Shown piece by piece: positions 8,433-18,040 of a stretch of DNA of 64,000 nucleotides. Numbering within the stretch: the stretch's first letter is position 1; each line of letters opens with the position of its first letter. The translations under genes were made by a program, and so were the position numbers. The stretch lies in contig CAAHDT010000010.1 in assembly GCA_900770525.1 (NCBI GenBank), positions 8,679-72,678 of the forward strand. The letters are read 5' to 3'. A model generated the notes under the pieces. It had not been told where the DNA came from and made no database searches. It was given only the letters and a program-made list of their open reading frames with translations. The stretch comes from Candidatus Gastranaerophilales bacterium. Lineage in GTDB: Bacteria; Cyanobacteriota; Vampirovibrionia; Gastranaerophilales; Gastranaerophilaceae.

Positions 8433-10259
8433 TTAAACAGTTACTTCTTCTTGTTTTTTGAACTGCATTTCGTATAAAGCTTTGTATTGTCCGTTTTCGA
8501 TTTCCATAAGCTTTTCGTGATTTCCTAGTTCAACTAACTCACCTTCATTTATTACTGCAATTCTGTCCGCATTTTTAATAGTAGACAGACGGTGTGCAAT
8601 AATAAATACTGTTCTGTTTTTCATCAGGTTATCCATTGCTTTTTGAACAATTGCTTCCGATTCGTTATCAAGTGCGGATGTTGCCTCATCAAGAATTACG
8701 ATAGGTGCGTTTCTTAACATAGCTCTTGCAATCGCAACTCTTTGACGTTGTCCGCCTGATAGAGTCATCCCTCTTTCACCCAATTCGGTATCAATACCTT
8801 GCGGCAATTCTGCAATCATATCTTGAAGGTGTGCTGATTCTATAGCTTGTTGCAACTCTTCCGGTGTTGCGTTCGGATTGCCCATCATAATATTTTCTTT
8901 TATTGAACCAGAGTACAAGAAATTATCCTGAAATACCATTGAAATATTGCGACGTAATGATTTTAGAGAATATTTGCGAATATCAATTCCGTCAATTGTG
9001 ATTGAACCTGATTTGATGTCATAGAATCTTGGAATAAGGTTAACTAAAGTTGACTTTCCGCCACCTGAATTTCCAACAATTGCAAGAGTTTCATTCTTAG
9101 GAATTGTAAGATTAATGTCTTTTAATACAGGGTGATTTTCAATGTATTCAAAACATACATCTTTAAATTCGATTTTATCTTTCAAGTTGGTCAACTCAAT
9201 AGGATTGTCGCAATCCTTGATTTCTGAGTCTAAATCAAATAATTCAAAAACACGTCCCATTGCAACAAATATATTTTGAATTCCGGTTAAGGTGTTTCCT
9301 AAAGTTTTTACAGGTTTGTAAAGTAGTAATAATGAAGTTACAAATGATGCAAAACTTCCGGCTGTCATTCTTCCGGTGTTGATTAAGTATGTTCCAACAC
9401 CAAGTACTGTTGCAATCCCAAATGATGCAATTAAATACATTAAAGGTGACATCCAACCGGCACGTTTAAGTAATGACATTCCGATATTATAAGAATCCCA
9501 AATTTGTTTTCTAAAATATTGTTCCTGTCTGTCTTGCAAGTCATATGCTGCCATTACCTTGTTACCGCTGTATGTTTCGTTTATGTTTGTGGTAATGTTT
9601 CCGCCAATAACCATATTTTTATTGGAAGTTGCTTTTATTCTTTTTCTGATTAATGCAACAGGCACAAATGCTATACAAAGAACCAAAACTCCGATAATTG
9701 CAAGTTCCCAAGAGCTGTATAGCATAACTGCAATTAAACCGAAGGCACCGCAAGCTGCTGTTGTAATTGTTTTAATCTGGTCTACAATACCATTTGATGC
9801 TGTTTGCGGGTCATTCATATATCTTGAAATTATGATACCTGAAGAGTTTTCATCAAAAAATTGCGGGTGCATATGAATGAGTTTATGGAATAAATCAAAT
9901 TTAACGTCATTTGTAATGTGACTACTTGTCCATGCTGAAATATAATCGTTTAAATATCTCAAAACACCTTGAAATCCGGCAAATAAAACTACACCGATTG
10001 GTAGAATGAAAGACATTTGCAAACTTGAAATTGCAAAACTGATTCCATTCCAGTTAACTGCGAATTGTTTGCCACCAATAACGTAATCCATATACGGTTT
10101 TAGAGCAAAAGCTGTTACGCCGTCTAACAAGCCAAGCGGAATGGCAATTAAAAAACCTAATAATATTCTAAACCAATAAGGTTTAATATACGGCCAAATT
10201 CTCGACAATAACCATTTATACTTAAATGAGTTTTGTGCTGTTGTCATATCTAGTTTCAT
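8433..10259 (-). CDS. ABC transporter, fused permease/ATP-binding protein (MsbA/ABCB-type exporter)
   Basis: 608 aa with six N-terminal TM helices. Walker A GNSGGGKST, signature LSGGQRQRVAIARA and Walker B ILDEATSALD are all present. Confidence 0.8.
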   Translation of the reverse strand: MKLDMTTAQNSFKYKWLLSRIWPYIKPYWFRILLGFLIAIPLGLLDGVTAFALKPYMDYVIGGKQFAVNWNGISFAISSLQMSFILPIGVVLFAGFQGVLRYLNDYISAWTSSHITNDVKFDLFHKLIHMHPQFFDENSSGIIISRYMNDPQTASNGIVDQIKTITTAACGAFGLIAVMLYSSWELAIIGVLVLCIAFVPVALIRKRIKATSNKNMVIGGNITTNINETYSGNKVMAAYDLQDRQEQYFRKQIWDSYNIGMSLLKRAGWMSPLMYLIASFGIATVLGVGTYLINTGRMTAGSFASFVTSLLLLYKPVKTLGNTLTGIQNIFVAMGRVFELFDLDSEIKDCDNPIELTNLKDKIEFKDVCFEYIENHPVLKDINLTIPKNETLAIVGNSGGGKSTLVNLIPRFYDIKSGSITIDGIDIRKYSLKSLRRNISMVFQDNFLYSGSIKENIMMGNPNATPEELQQAIESAHLQDMIAELPQGIDTELGERGMTLSGGQRQRVAIARAMLRNAPIVILDEATSALDNESEAIVQKAMDNLMKNRTVFIIAHRLSTIKNADRIAVINEGELVELGNHEKLMEIENGQYKALYEMQFKKQEEVTV

Positions 10260-10506
10260 GTTCTCTCCTTATGTATATAGGATAAATATTATAAATTACT
10301 ACCATTAAGTATACACAAAATACTGAATAAAAACAAAATTCAAAAGCGTTTGTAATTTAATATTTACAAAGTTTTCAAGGTTTTGAGGGGTGTTTTTTCA
10401 GATATGCTTAACTTAGAGTGAATTTTTGCGAATTGTAACAAAAATACTATATGTATTTAATTTTTATGGAAAAGTGTCGATAAATATATTAATAAAGGTA
10501 CACATC

Positions 10507-10878
10507 ATGGCAATAAATGGAATAACAACTGTATCATTTTGTACTTCTGGGTGTAGTAGCGATCCCGAGGCTAAAAAAATAGCCGAGCGCTTGAGAATGT
10601 ATGGCATAACTCCAACGGGGGATAAGTCTGTTGATAGGGCAAAATTAAGAGAAATAGAGTTAAGAGAGGCTGAAAAAGAGAGTTCTGTTTCAAATAAATT
10701 TATAACAGTTTCGCGTGGTGAGCAAGAAAAAATTCAGACAAAAAAGAAGGAGAAGAAGAAAGAAACAAATCCTGAAAGTTTTCCAAATTCTGAAAAAGTA
10801 GAGAATTTCCAAAAAGCGCAACAGGCACTTGGGGAACAAATCTATCTTGCAATAAATATGAAAAATAAGAAGTCTTAA
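10507..10878 (+). CDS. Hypothetical protein with a Lys/Glu-rich C-terminus
   Basis: ATG at 10507 with a weak AAAGGT SD. No recognisable domain. The ORF track shows a longer upstream start at 10426. Confidence 0.35.
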   Translation: MAINGITTVSFCTSGCSSDPEAKKIAERLRMYGITPTGDKSVDRAKLREIELREAEKESSVSNKFITVSRGEQEKIQTKKKEKKKETNPESFPNSEKVENFQKAQQALGEQIYLAINMKNKKS

Positions 10879-10892
10879 AGTCATAGATAAAT

Positions 10893-11579
10893 TTAGTTGC
10901 TCTGTCCTGCTCTATAGCCACATGATGTATAGATTAATGGAAGAACTTTCTCGATATGTAATTTATTTATAACTGGAATTTTGGCAAGAGCAAGAGCCCC
11001 GACAGCATCGTCAATATTTGCCAATGCATCTTTTAAGGTAAGTTTTCTGTCAGGGTGTTTGTCCTTTGGGTCTGTAATTATGTTCGCCAATGCCGCAGAA
11101 CCATACATTCCAACCAATAGTCCTCCAAAAACAGAAAGAATTTTATTTTTAGGCGTGTTGTATTTTGGAGTGTTTTCGCATAAACTTACAACACCGCCTA
11201 CTATCCACGTGGGAATTGCTGAATTCATGAATTGAAATAAACCTTCTCTTAATCGGTTCTTCTGTACATTTTTGTTTTCTCCTATTAGTCCAATGCCTAT
11301 TCCACCAACAATTGAACATCCAGATACAAGTAACATATCTTTCATATCGTATTTCAGTTTTAATGGGTTTTTAACTTTTTGTTTCTTTAGCATATATAGT
11401 AAAGATAATGCAGTCCCACCGGTAGAGCCAATTAATGCTTTTGTTTTATCAGCTTTGGAAATATCTCGATTATAGTTTCTAACTCTATGGTTGAGGTGGT
11501 TATTTTTAGTGTTTTCCCAATTTTGGTTAAATTGTATTGTATTATTATTTGTGGCATTCGTTTGACTATAAATAAACAT
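10893..11579 (-). CDS. Hypothetical membrane protein with glycine-zipper-like helices
   Basis: GGIGIGLIG, IVGGVVSL and FGGLLVGMYGSAALA segments. No known catalytic motif. Confidence 0.4.
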   Translation of the reverse strand: MFIYSQTNATNNNTIQFNQNWENTKNNHLNHRVRNYNRDISKADKTKALIGSTGGTALSLLYMLKKQKVKNPLKLKYDMKDMLLVSGCSIVGGIGIGLIGENKNVQKNRLREGLFQFMNSAIPTWIVGGVVSLCENTPKYNTPKNKILSVFGGLLVGMYGSAALANIITDPKDKHPDRKLTLKDALANIDDAVGALALAKIPVINKLHIEKVLPLIYTSCGYRAGQSN

Positions 11580-11812
11580 TTCAAAGCGATTATAATCGTA
11601 AAATATTCCACTGAGAAGTAAGTAGATGGCTAATTTAACAAATATTTACACAAGGCGTTAATTTGACTTCTAATGAGAAATTTTGAATGTTTCAATCTTT
11701 TTTTACTCTTAAATTTATATATATTGGTTTTCTCATATAAATGGATGTTTTATTTTTGCATATGTATTTATACAATAAACACGATTACTGTAAAAGAAAG
11801 TGAGAGTTTAGT

Positions 11813-12415
11813 ATGGAAAAACAATTCGTGCCGTTTATGCAATCTGGAATATCAGTACCGCTTATTATAATAGTTGCGTTATTGATTGTTTTCTACATTT
11901 TGTACGTAAGATTAATTCAAAAGAAAAACAATGTTAAAGAAGGTTTTTCAAGTATTGATGTTCAATTGAAAAAGAGATACGATTTAATCCCTAATATTTT
12001 GTTTATTGCAAACAAATTTATGGAACACGAAAGAGAATTGCTTACAAATATTACCAAGTTAAGAGCAGAAGCTGCAAAAATTCCTGCAGATATTAACAAA
12101 GCTCAAGAAAAAATTGATCTTGATGCTAAAATTAGTTCTTTGATGGGGCAATTACAAGTTTCTGTTGAAAATTATCCTCAATTGAAATCTGATCAAACTA
12201 TGATTCAAGCAATGCAAACTTACAACGAACAAGAAGAACACATTGCTGCAGCAAGAAGATTTTACAACGCTGCTGTTAAAGAATTGAACAATGCGGTTGA
12301 AATCTTCCCTAGTTCATTGGTTGCGTTGATATTCAATATTAAGGCTATGCCATTTATTGAAGCGACAGAAACAGAACGTCAAAGAATTGATGCAAGTCAA
12401 TATTTTACAAAGTAG
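11813..12415 (+). CDS. lemA: LemA family protein
   Basis: An N-terminal TM helix, then IDVQLKKRYDLIPNIL...ERELLTNITKLRAEA, which is characteristic of LemA. Confidence 0.75.
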   Translation: MEKQFVPFMQSGISVPLIIIVALLIVFYILYVRLIQKKNNVKEGFSSIDVQLKKRYDLIPNILFIANKFMEHERELLTNITKLRAEAAKIPADINKAQEKIDLDAKISSLMGQLQVSVENYPQLKSDQTMIQAMQTYNEQEEHIAAARRFYNAAVKELNNAVEIFPSSLVALIFNIKAMPFIEATETERQRIDASQYFTK

Positions 12416-12442
12416 ATTTATACTCCAATCATACTTCTTTAT

Positions 12443-12476
12443 GTTAAGGGCAGATTTTATGAAATCTGTCCTTTTA
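12443..12476. terminator. Hairpin terminator between the convergent lemA and mntP
   Basis: GGGCAGATTT-TATGA-AATCTGTCC followed by TTTT. Confidence 0.4.
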
Positions 12477-12491
12477 TTTATCAACTGAAAT

Positions 12492-13034
12492 TTATAAAAC
12501 GGCTTTAATTGCAAGCCCGATAAGGATTATTCCGCCAGCAATTTCTAAATATTTTGATGGTAAATGTTTAAAACAGTTGCCAAACCAAAACCCTACAAGT
12601 GACATTACGAAAGAGGCAAGCCCAATAGCGAGTACTGACAAGATTAAGTCTGCATTTGCAAAACGTAAACTTACCCCAGCTCCCATGGCATCAATGCTCG
12701 TTGCAATCCCCATAGAAATAAGGCATTTTAGCCCGATACAACAAATTGTACCTTCTTCTTTGTCTTGTAGTGCCTCGTAAATAAATTTTGCGCCGAGTAT
12801 AAAGAAAATCACAAAAACAATCCAGCTTGAAAATGCTGAAACGTATTTGCTAATCAGATTCGCTCCAATATATCCAATAAACGGCATTCCCCCTTGGAAT
12901 AATCCCATCGTCAGTGCAAGTGCGAGCGAGTTTTTTAACCTGTTTGCGTTAAAAATCAAACCTTGAGAAAAAGAAACAACAAGACAATCAACTCCAAGTG
13001 CTATTGATAGTAAAACTAATTCAACTAAGCTCAA
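12492..13034 (-). CDS. mntP: Manganese efflux pump MntP
   Basis: MSLVELVLLSIALGVDCLVVSF... is the typical MntP (DUF204 x2) N-terminus. 180 aa with six TM helices. Confidence 0.75.
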   Translation of the reverse strand: MSLVELVLLSIALGVDCLVVSFSQGLIFNANRLKNSLALALTMGLFQGGMPFIGYIGANLISKYVSAFSSWIVFVIFFILGAKFIYEALQDKEEGTICCIGLKCLISMGIATSIDAMGAGVSLRFANADLILSVLAIGLASFVMSLVGFWFGNCFKHLPSKYLEIAGGIILIGLAIKAVL

Positions 13035-14340
13035 TTTTTACCTCAAACAATCTGTTCCAAGGAAAACTGTATTTAGTTCTAAAGTTAATTCCCAGAAATT
13101 TTTTCACAATATCTTCATATGGTTGCATTTTTTCGGTTAGCTCTTCAATATTGGGCTGGGTTAGCTGCTGTCTTACATTCGCTTGATAAGCCCAATCATC
13201 CAATAGGCGAATAGCCTGCAGTTTTTTGAATGCTTCATTTTGTGTTTTGGTAAATTTCAGAGCACAAAGCAAACTTCCTAAAGTATTTGCGGAAGTGTTC
13301 CAAGCTGAATAGCCTAGAAAATGTTGGTCAATTTTTTGTTCTAATATTTGCTTAACAAGTTCATTATCAGCCCCGTTTGCAAATCTAACGTCTGCAATAG
13401 CATAATTGACAGTTGGCTTTTGCCATTTGCCGGAAAATGGTTCGGTCGCCCGTTTCATCACAATTTCCCCTTGGTTTTTTAGAAAATTGTTTACGTATAA
13501 TGTCAAATCAGCACTTTCTTCTTGAGCTAATTTGCAACCGCTTAATTCAATTTGCGATAAAACGGATTTTTCTATAGAGATATCTTCATAGTTAGAAATC
13601 AAGTTTTTGCTTCCTTTTTCTATGAATACAGGACAAATTTTCAAATGGCGCTCATAAGCTCTTGCAAGGAGTGATAGTGGAATTTCGTCCGCTCCGGTCT
13701 TTGTGAAACCTCCAAGGGCTTCCAGTTCCTGAGCTTCTTTAACATTTAGACCATATTCGGCGCAATCGTCTTTTGAAAAGATTAAGGTGTTTAAGGTTTC
13801 TTCTTTTTGCCAGTTGAGATAAAGTTTGTTTATTTCAAAATTTCTTTTTCTGGTTGCTAAATAGTCATCTAATATTTCCTGTGGAATTTCTGTGTTTGGG
13901 GTTCCGCTTTTATGAAAGTTGTAAGAATAATTGAATATTTTGGTGCCATATTTGTTCCAGTATTCTTTTTCTTCTTCGTTAATATTATTATTCGATATTC
14001 TCATTATTGAAGAAAAAGCGTAGGTTTTTGCACCTAAATTTATGATGCATTTTCTCAATTTTTCTATGCGTTTTTTTATTTGTTCAAATGTTTCCGGACT
14101 TCTTCGAGAAGGGATTAAACCTCCATATGCGATAGTATCAAGAGATAAAATAAGGGCATCAACTTTAGGCAAGCTTTCAAGCCAAGCAAATAGCCCATCA
14201 ATATTGGCAGTTTTTGTTAAATCTCCTAACAAATCAATGTTAGGAATAAAAAATTCTATTTCCGGATTTATGTCAACAATCATTTGTGGAAGTTGATGGC
14301 AAACCGGTCTGTTGTCTATTGGTAAAAAAGCTATTTTCAT
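13021..14340 (-). CDS. Hypothetical protein, possibly DUF4127 family
   Basis: MKIAFLPIDNRPVC... resembles DUF4127 starts as I remember them, so this is a low-certainty call. Overlaps mntP by 14 nt. Confidence 0.4.
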   Translation of the reverse strand: MKIAFLPIDNRPVCHQLPQMIVDINPEIEFFIPNIDLLGDLTKTANIDGLFAWLESLPKVDALILSLDTIAYGGLIPSRRSPETFEQIKKRIEKLRKCIINLGAKTYAFSSIMRISNNNINEEEKEYWNKYGTKIFNYSYNFHKSGTPNTEIPQEILDDYLATRKRNFEINKLYLNWQKEETLNTLIFSKDDCAEYGLNVKEAQELEALGGFTKTGADEIPLSLLARAYERHLKICPVFIEKGSKNLISNYEDISIEKSVLSQIELSGCKLAQEESADLTLYVNNFLKNQGEIVMKRATEPFSGKWQKPTVNYAIADVRFANGADNELVKQILEQKIDQHFLGYSAWNTSANTLGSLLCALKFTKTQNEAFKKLQAIRLLDDWAYQANVRQQLTQPNIEELTEKMQPYEDIVKKFLGINFRTKYSFPWNRLFEVKIELS

Positions 14341-14389
14341 ACCTGATATTATATGATAAGATTTTTACAAGGCAAAAAGGTTACAAATT

Positions 14390-15076
14390 ATGACAGTATC
14401 AAAAAATCCGCATGATATAAAAGCGATGTTTAATAATATAGCTTTTCAATATGACAGAAATAATAATATTATTTCTTTAGGGTTGCATAAGTTAATAAAA
14501 AAGGTCGCATTAAAGCATTTGTGTATAAAAAATAATGACAGAATTCTTGATGAATGTGCAGGAACAGGTGATATTGCTGCAGGTATTCGTAGTCTTAATC
14601 AGAATACGGATGTTATCGGTGTTGATTTTTCCGAAAATATGATTGATATCGCAAAAAAGAAATATCCGAATATTACTTTTTTACAGGCTGATTGTACTGA
14701 TTTGCCGTTTAGTAATAATAGTTTTGATATTATTACGATGAGTTTTGGACTTAGAAATATTGAAAACTATCAAAAGGCAATTAGAGAAAGTTTTAGAGTT
14801 TTGGTTGATGGGGGGCAGTTTTTACATCTTGATTTTGGGCGGAAAAACTTTTTTTCAAAAATATTTGATTTTATTGCCGAAAAATCTATTTCTATTTTTT
14901 ATAAAAATCAAATTCCATATGAATATTTGGTTAAGTCGAAGCGAGAATTTTTTACACCGGAAAATTTAATAAAAGAATTTGAAAAAGAAGGTTTTCTTCT
15001 CAAACTTAAAAAAGATTACCTGTTTGGAATAATTTCTGCGCAGATTTTTGAGAAAAGTAAGACTGAATATTGCTAA
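14390..15076 (+). CDS. ubiE: UbiE/MenG-type demethylmenaquinone/ubiquinone C-methyltransferase (class I SAM methyltransferase)
   Basis: FNNIAFQYDRNNNIISLGLHKLIKKVAL matches the UbiE/MenG N-terminal signature. ECAGTGDIA is the SAM-binding motif I. Confidence 0.7.
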   Translation: MTVSKNPHDIKAMFNNIAFQYDRNNNIISLGLHKLIKKVALKHLCIKNNDRILDECAGTGDIAAGIRSLNQNTDVIGVDFSENMIDIAKKKYPNITFLQADCTDLPFSNNSFDIITMSFGLRNIENYQKAIRESFRVLVDGGQFLHLDFGRKNFFSKIFDFIAEKSISIFYKNQIPYEYLVKSKREFFTPENLIKEFEKEGFLLKLKKDYLFGIISAQIFEKSKTEYC

Positions 15077-15175
15077 TTTTGTTTAATAAATTTCATAAAA
15101 ATACAAATAAGTGTTCATTTTTCTATGTTTTTGTTACAATAATTTCAGACATTTATATATAAAAGGAAGAGAAAA

Positions 15176-16957
15176 ATGATAAGAACAAAGATGAAATCAC
15201 ACAATTGCGGAGAGTTAAATCTAAGCAATATTAATGAAGAAGTTACTCTTTCCGGTTGGGTTTCAACTATTCGTGACCTTGGCGGAATTTTGTTTGTTGA
15301 ATTAAGAGATAGAAGCGGATTTTTCCAAATTGTTACTAACCCGCAAATCAATCCGGACGTTCACAAAATTATGGAAAAGGTTAGATCCGAATACGTTATT
15401 ACCGTAAAAGGAAAAGTAACAAGAAGACCGGAAGAAACTTATAACGAAAAATATGCTACAGGACAAGTTGAAATGTATCCTGAACATTTGGAAGTTTTGT
15501 CTACTTCAAAAGTTTTACCTTTTGTTCTTGACGATGAAAATGTTTCAGAAGATGTAAGACTTAAATACAGATATCTTGATATCAGAAGAGAATCTATGTT
15601 GAACAACCTAAAACTTCGCCACAAGATTTGCCAAGCTGCAAGAAATTATCTTAACAACGAAGAATTTATGGAAGTTGAAACACCTATATTAATTAAAACA
15701 ACTCCGGAAGGTGCAAGAGATTATCTTGTTCCATCTCGTGTACAAGAGGGTAAATTCTATGCGCTTCCTCAATCCCCACAAATCTTTAAACAATTGTTGA
15801 TGGTTGGTGGTATTGAAAGATATTACCAAATTGCAAAATGTTTCAGAGATGAAGACCTGAGAGCTGACAGACAACCTGAATTCACGCAAATCGATATTGA
15901 AATGTCTTTTGTTGAACAACAAGATGTTATCAAATGTGTTGAAGGTTTGATTGTTGATACATTTAAGGCTGCGGGTGTTGAAGTTAAACCTCCATTTATT
16001 CAAATGCCTTGGCAAGAAGCTATGGATAGATACGGTTCTGATAAGCCTGATACACGTTTTGGTTTGGAATTGTTTGATATCGGAGATATTATCCTTGAAT
16101 CAAATTTTGAAATCGTTAAAAAGACTCTTCAAAACGGCGGAATTGTTCGTGGTATAAGAATTCCGGGCGGTGCTAAATACTCAAGAAAAGATATTGATGA
16201 TATCACAAAATTAGCGGTATCATTTGGGGCAAAAGCATTAGCTAATATTATTTATAATGAAGACGGAACTGCAAAATCACCTGTGTTGAAGTTTGTTACG
16301 GAAGAACAAGCAAAAGCCATCCAAGAAAGAGCCGGAGCTCAAGCCGGTGATATTATATTCTTTGTGGCTGATAAACCAAAACTGGTTTATGATATTATGG
16401 GTAGATTGAGATTGCATTTCGGAAAATCTTTAAACTTGATTGATGAAAGCAAACACAATCTTCTTTGGGTTGTAGACTTCCCAATGTTTGAATGGAGTGA
16501 TGAAGAAGGCAGATTTATGGCAATGCACCACCCATTCACATCACCTTGTATTGAAGATTTAGATAAATTAAAATCAGGTGATTTAGGTAATGTTAAATCT
16601 ATTGCTTACGATATCGTATACAACGGTACTGAATTAGGCGGTGGTAGTGTTAGAATTCACTCTTCTGAAGTTCAGTCTGCTATATTCAAAGCTTTGGGCT
16701 TGACTGAAGATGAAGCTAAGGAAAAATTTGGATTTATGGTTAACGCTCTTCAATACGGTACTCCGCCTCATGCCGGTTTGGCTATTGGGTTGGATAGATT
16801 GGTTGCGTTGTTGGCTAGAACTGACTCTATCCGTGACGTAATTGCTTTCCCTAAGAATTCCGGTGCTAAAGATTTGATGAGTGACGCCCCTGGCGAAGCT
16901 TCTTTACAACAATTGAGAGAACTTCACTTAAAGAGTACAGCTCATTTAAATAAATAA
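15176..16957 (+). CDS. aspS: Aspartate--tRNA ligase
   Basis: AGGAAGAG RBS. CGELNLSNINEEVTLSGWV is the OB anticodon-binding fold. Class II motifs FYALPQSPQ and QIAKCFRDEDLRADRQPEFTQID are present, and the GAD insertion and C-terminal GLDR motif are also seen. Confidence 0.9.
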   Translation: MIRTKMKSHNCGELNLSNINEEVTLSGWVSTIRDLGGILFVELRDRSGFFQIVTNPQINPDVHKIMEKVRSEYVITVKGKVTRRPEETYNEKYATGQVEMYPEHLEVLSTSKVLPFVLDDENVSEDVRLKYRYLDIRRESMLNNLKLRHKICQAARNYLNNEEFMEVETPILIKTTPEGARDYLVPSRVQEGKFYALPQSPQIFKQLLMVGGIERYYQIAKCFRDEDLRADRQPEFTQIDIEMSFVEQQDVIKCVEGLIVDTFKAAGVEVKPPFIQMPWQEAMDRYGSDKPDTRFGLELFDIGDIILESNFEIVKKTLQNGGIVRGIRIPGGAKYSRKDIDDITKLAVSFGAKALANIIYNEDGTAKSPVLKFVTEEQAKAIQERAGAQAGDIIFFVADKPKLVYDIMGRLRLHFGKSLNLIDESKHNLLWVVDFPMFEWSDEEGRFMAMHHPFTSPCIEDLDKLKSGDLGNVKSIAYDIVYNGTELGGGSVRIHSSEVQSAIFKALGLTEDEAKEKFGFMVNALQYGTPPHAGLAIGLDRLVALLARTDSIRDVIAFPKNSGAKDLMSDAPGEASLQQLRELHLKSTAHLNK

Positions 16958-16972
16958 TTAGGATAAGATTTC

Positions 16973-17015
16973 TTAACATTCTACCACGCTTTTATAAGTA
17001 TGGTAGAATGTTTTT
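16973..17015 (+). terminator. Rho-independent terminator after aspS
   Basis: CATTCTACCA...TGGTAGAATG 10-bp stem followed by TTTTTT. Confidence 0.5.
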
Positions 17016-17027
17016 TAGGAGAAATTA

Positions 17028-17969
17028 ATGGAAGAAGAAAAATCATATGAAGATATGCGCCATCGTTTTAGAATGTTATATAACGGTGAGGAAAAGTTCA
17101 AAAATAGAAAAATAGGTATGGAAGAGCTCAAAAGAAATTTGATGAGTGGTTTTTCTTCTATATTCTTTACAAATTTTGCTTGGTATAAATATGTAAACAA
17201 TAATGTTGTAAAAACAGTTAACCGATATAAGGATTTGAATATTTTGAATCCATTTCCTTATATAGCATTTGATGATATGATTACTGCATACTTTAGAGGG
17301 GTAAAACTGGAAATAGATGGTGTAAATACTAACGTTTTTGACCTTAGAAACTTGCTAATGCTTGTTTCGGCTATTTCGTTTTTAGTATTCTACGGTATGT
17401 GTATCGCTTTTGTTATTGCTGTTTTGATGTTGCTCACAAAATCCTTTCCGGCAAGTATTGTCCATGCAATGATATTTACGATTGTATCTGTAGCTTTTTT
17501 ATTTTTAGTTAGAATATTTTTACGTTATCAGTCAATTGTGGGTGTTGTTGTTGAATTTGAACTTAAGAAAAAATTAAGCGGGCATACTTTCTTTTTGGAA
17601 AATAATCGTAGCGCTAAGCAGATAAAGTTTGATAAATCTGTTTTTAAAGAAATAAAGTTTCCTAATTCTAAATTTTCTGAAAAATTTAAAGTTTATACTG
17701 ATAATGAAGCAGAAGCGCGTATGTTATTAGATTCTGCTATGATGGAACGTATAAGTTACATATCTGCAGCATACAAATCAAAATTTTTGCGTGGAGCATT
17801 TAAGGATGGAAAGTTTGTTATTGCGATAAATTGCGGTCGAGATATTTTTGATGTAAGACCAACTCTCAAAGAATCTCATACGGCAAAATTCACCAGATTG
17901 TTTGAAGAAATTGTTTCAATTTTATATGTTGTGGATGAGTTGAAACAGAATAGCAAAACGGGATTTTAA
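17028..17969 (+). CDS. Hypothetical membrane protein (DUF3137-like?)
   Basis: Two central TM helices. The C-terminal FKVYTDNEAEARMLL...MMERI pattern resembles DUF3137 from memory and is not verified. Confidence 0.35.
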   Translation: MEEEKSYEDMRHRFRMLYNGEEKFKNRKIGMEELKRNLMSGFSSIFFTNFAWYKYVNNNVVKTVNRYKDLNILNPFPYIAFDDMITAYFRGVKLEIDGVNTNVFDLRNLLMLVSAISFLVFYGMCIAFVIAVLMLLTKSFPASIVHAMIFTIVSVAFLFLVRIFLRYQSIVGVVVEFELKKKLSGHTFFLENNRSAKQIKFDKSVFKEIKFPNSKFSEKFKVYTDNEAEARMLLDSAMMERISYISAAYKSKFLRGAFKDGKFVIAINCGRDIFDVRPTLKESHTAKFTRLFEEIVSILYVVDELKQNSKTGF

Positions 17970-17989
17970 TTTTTTTATATTTAAAATGA

Positions 17990-18027
17990 AAAGCGACTGC
18001 AAGTTATACTTGCAGTCGCTTTTATGT
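17990..18027. terminator. Bidirectional terminator between the convergent 17028 gene and clpB
   Basis: AAAGCGACTGCAAG-TTATAC-TTGCAGTCGCTTTT perfect hairpin. Confidence 0.5.
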
Positions 18028-18040
18028 TTGTTGGGGTTGA

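Noticed and set aside
12492-13040. An yybP-ykoY Mn2+ riboswitch upstream of mntP
   Set aside because: The DUF4127-like gene overlaps the mntP start by 14 nt, which leaves no leader. No riboswitch-like conserved helix was seen.
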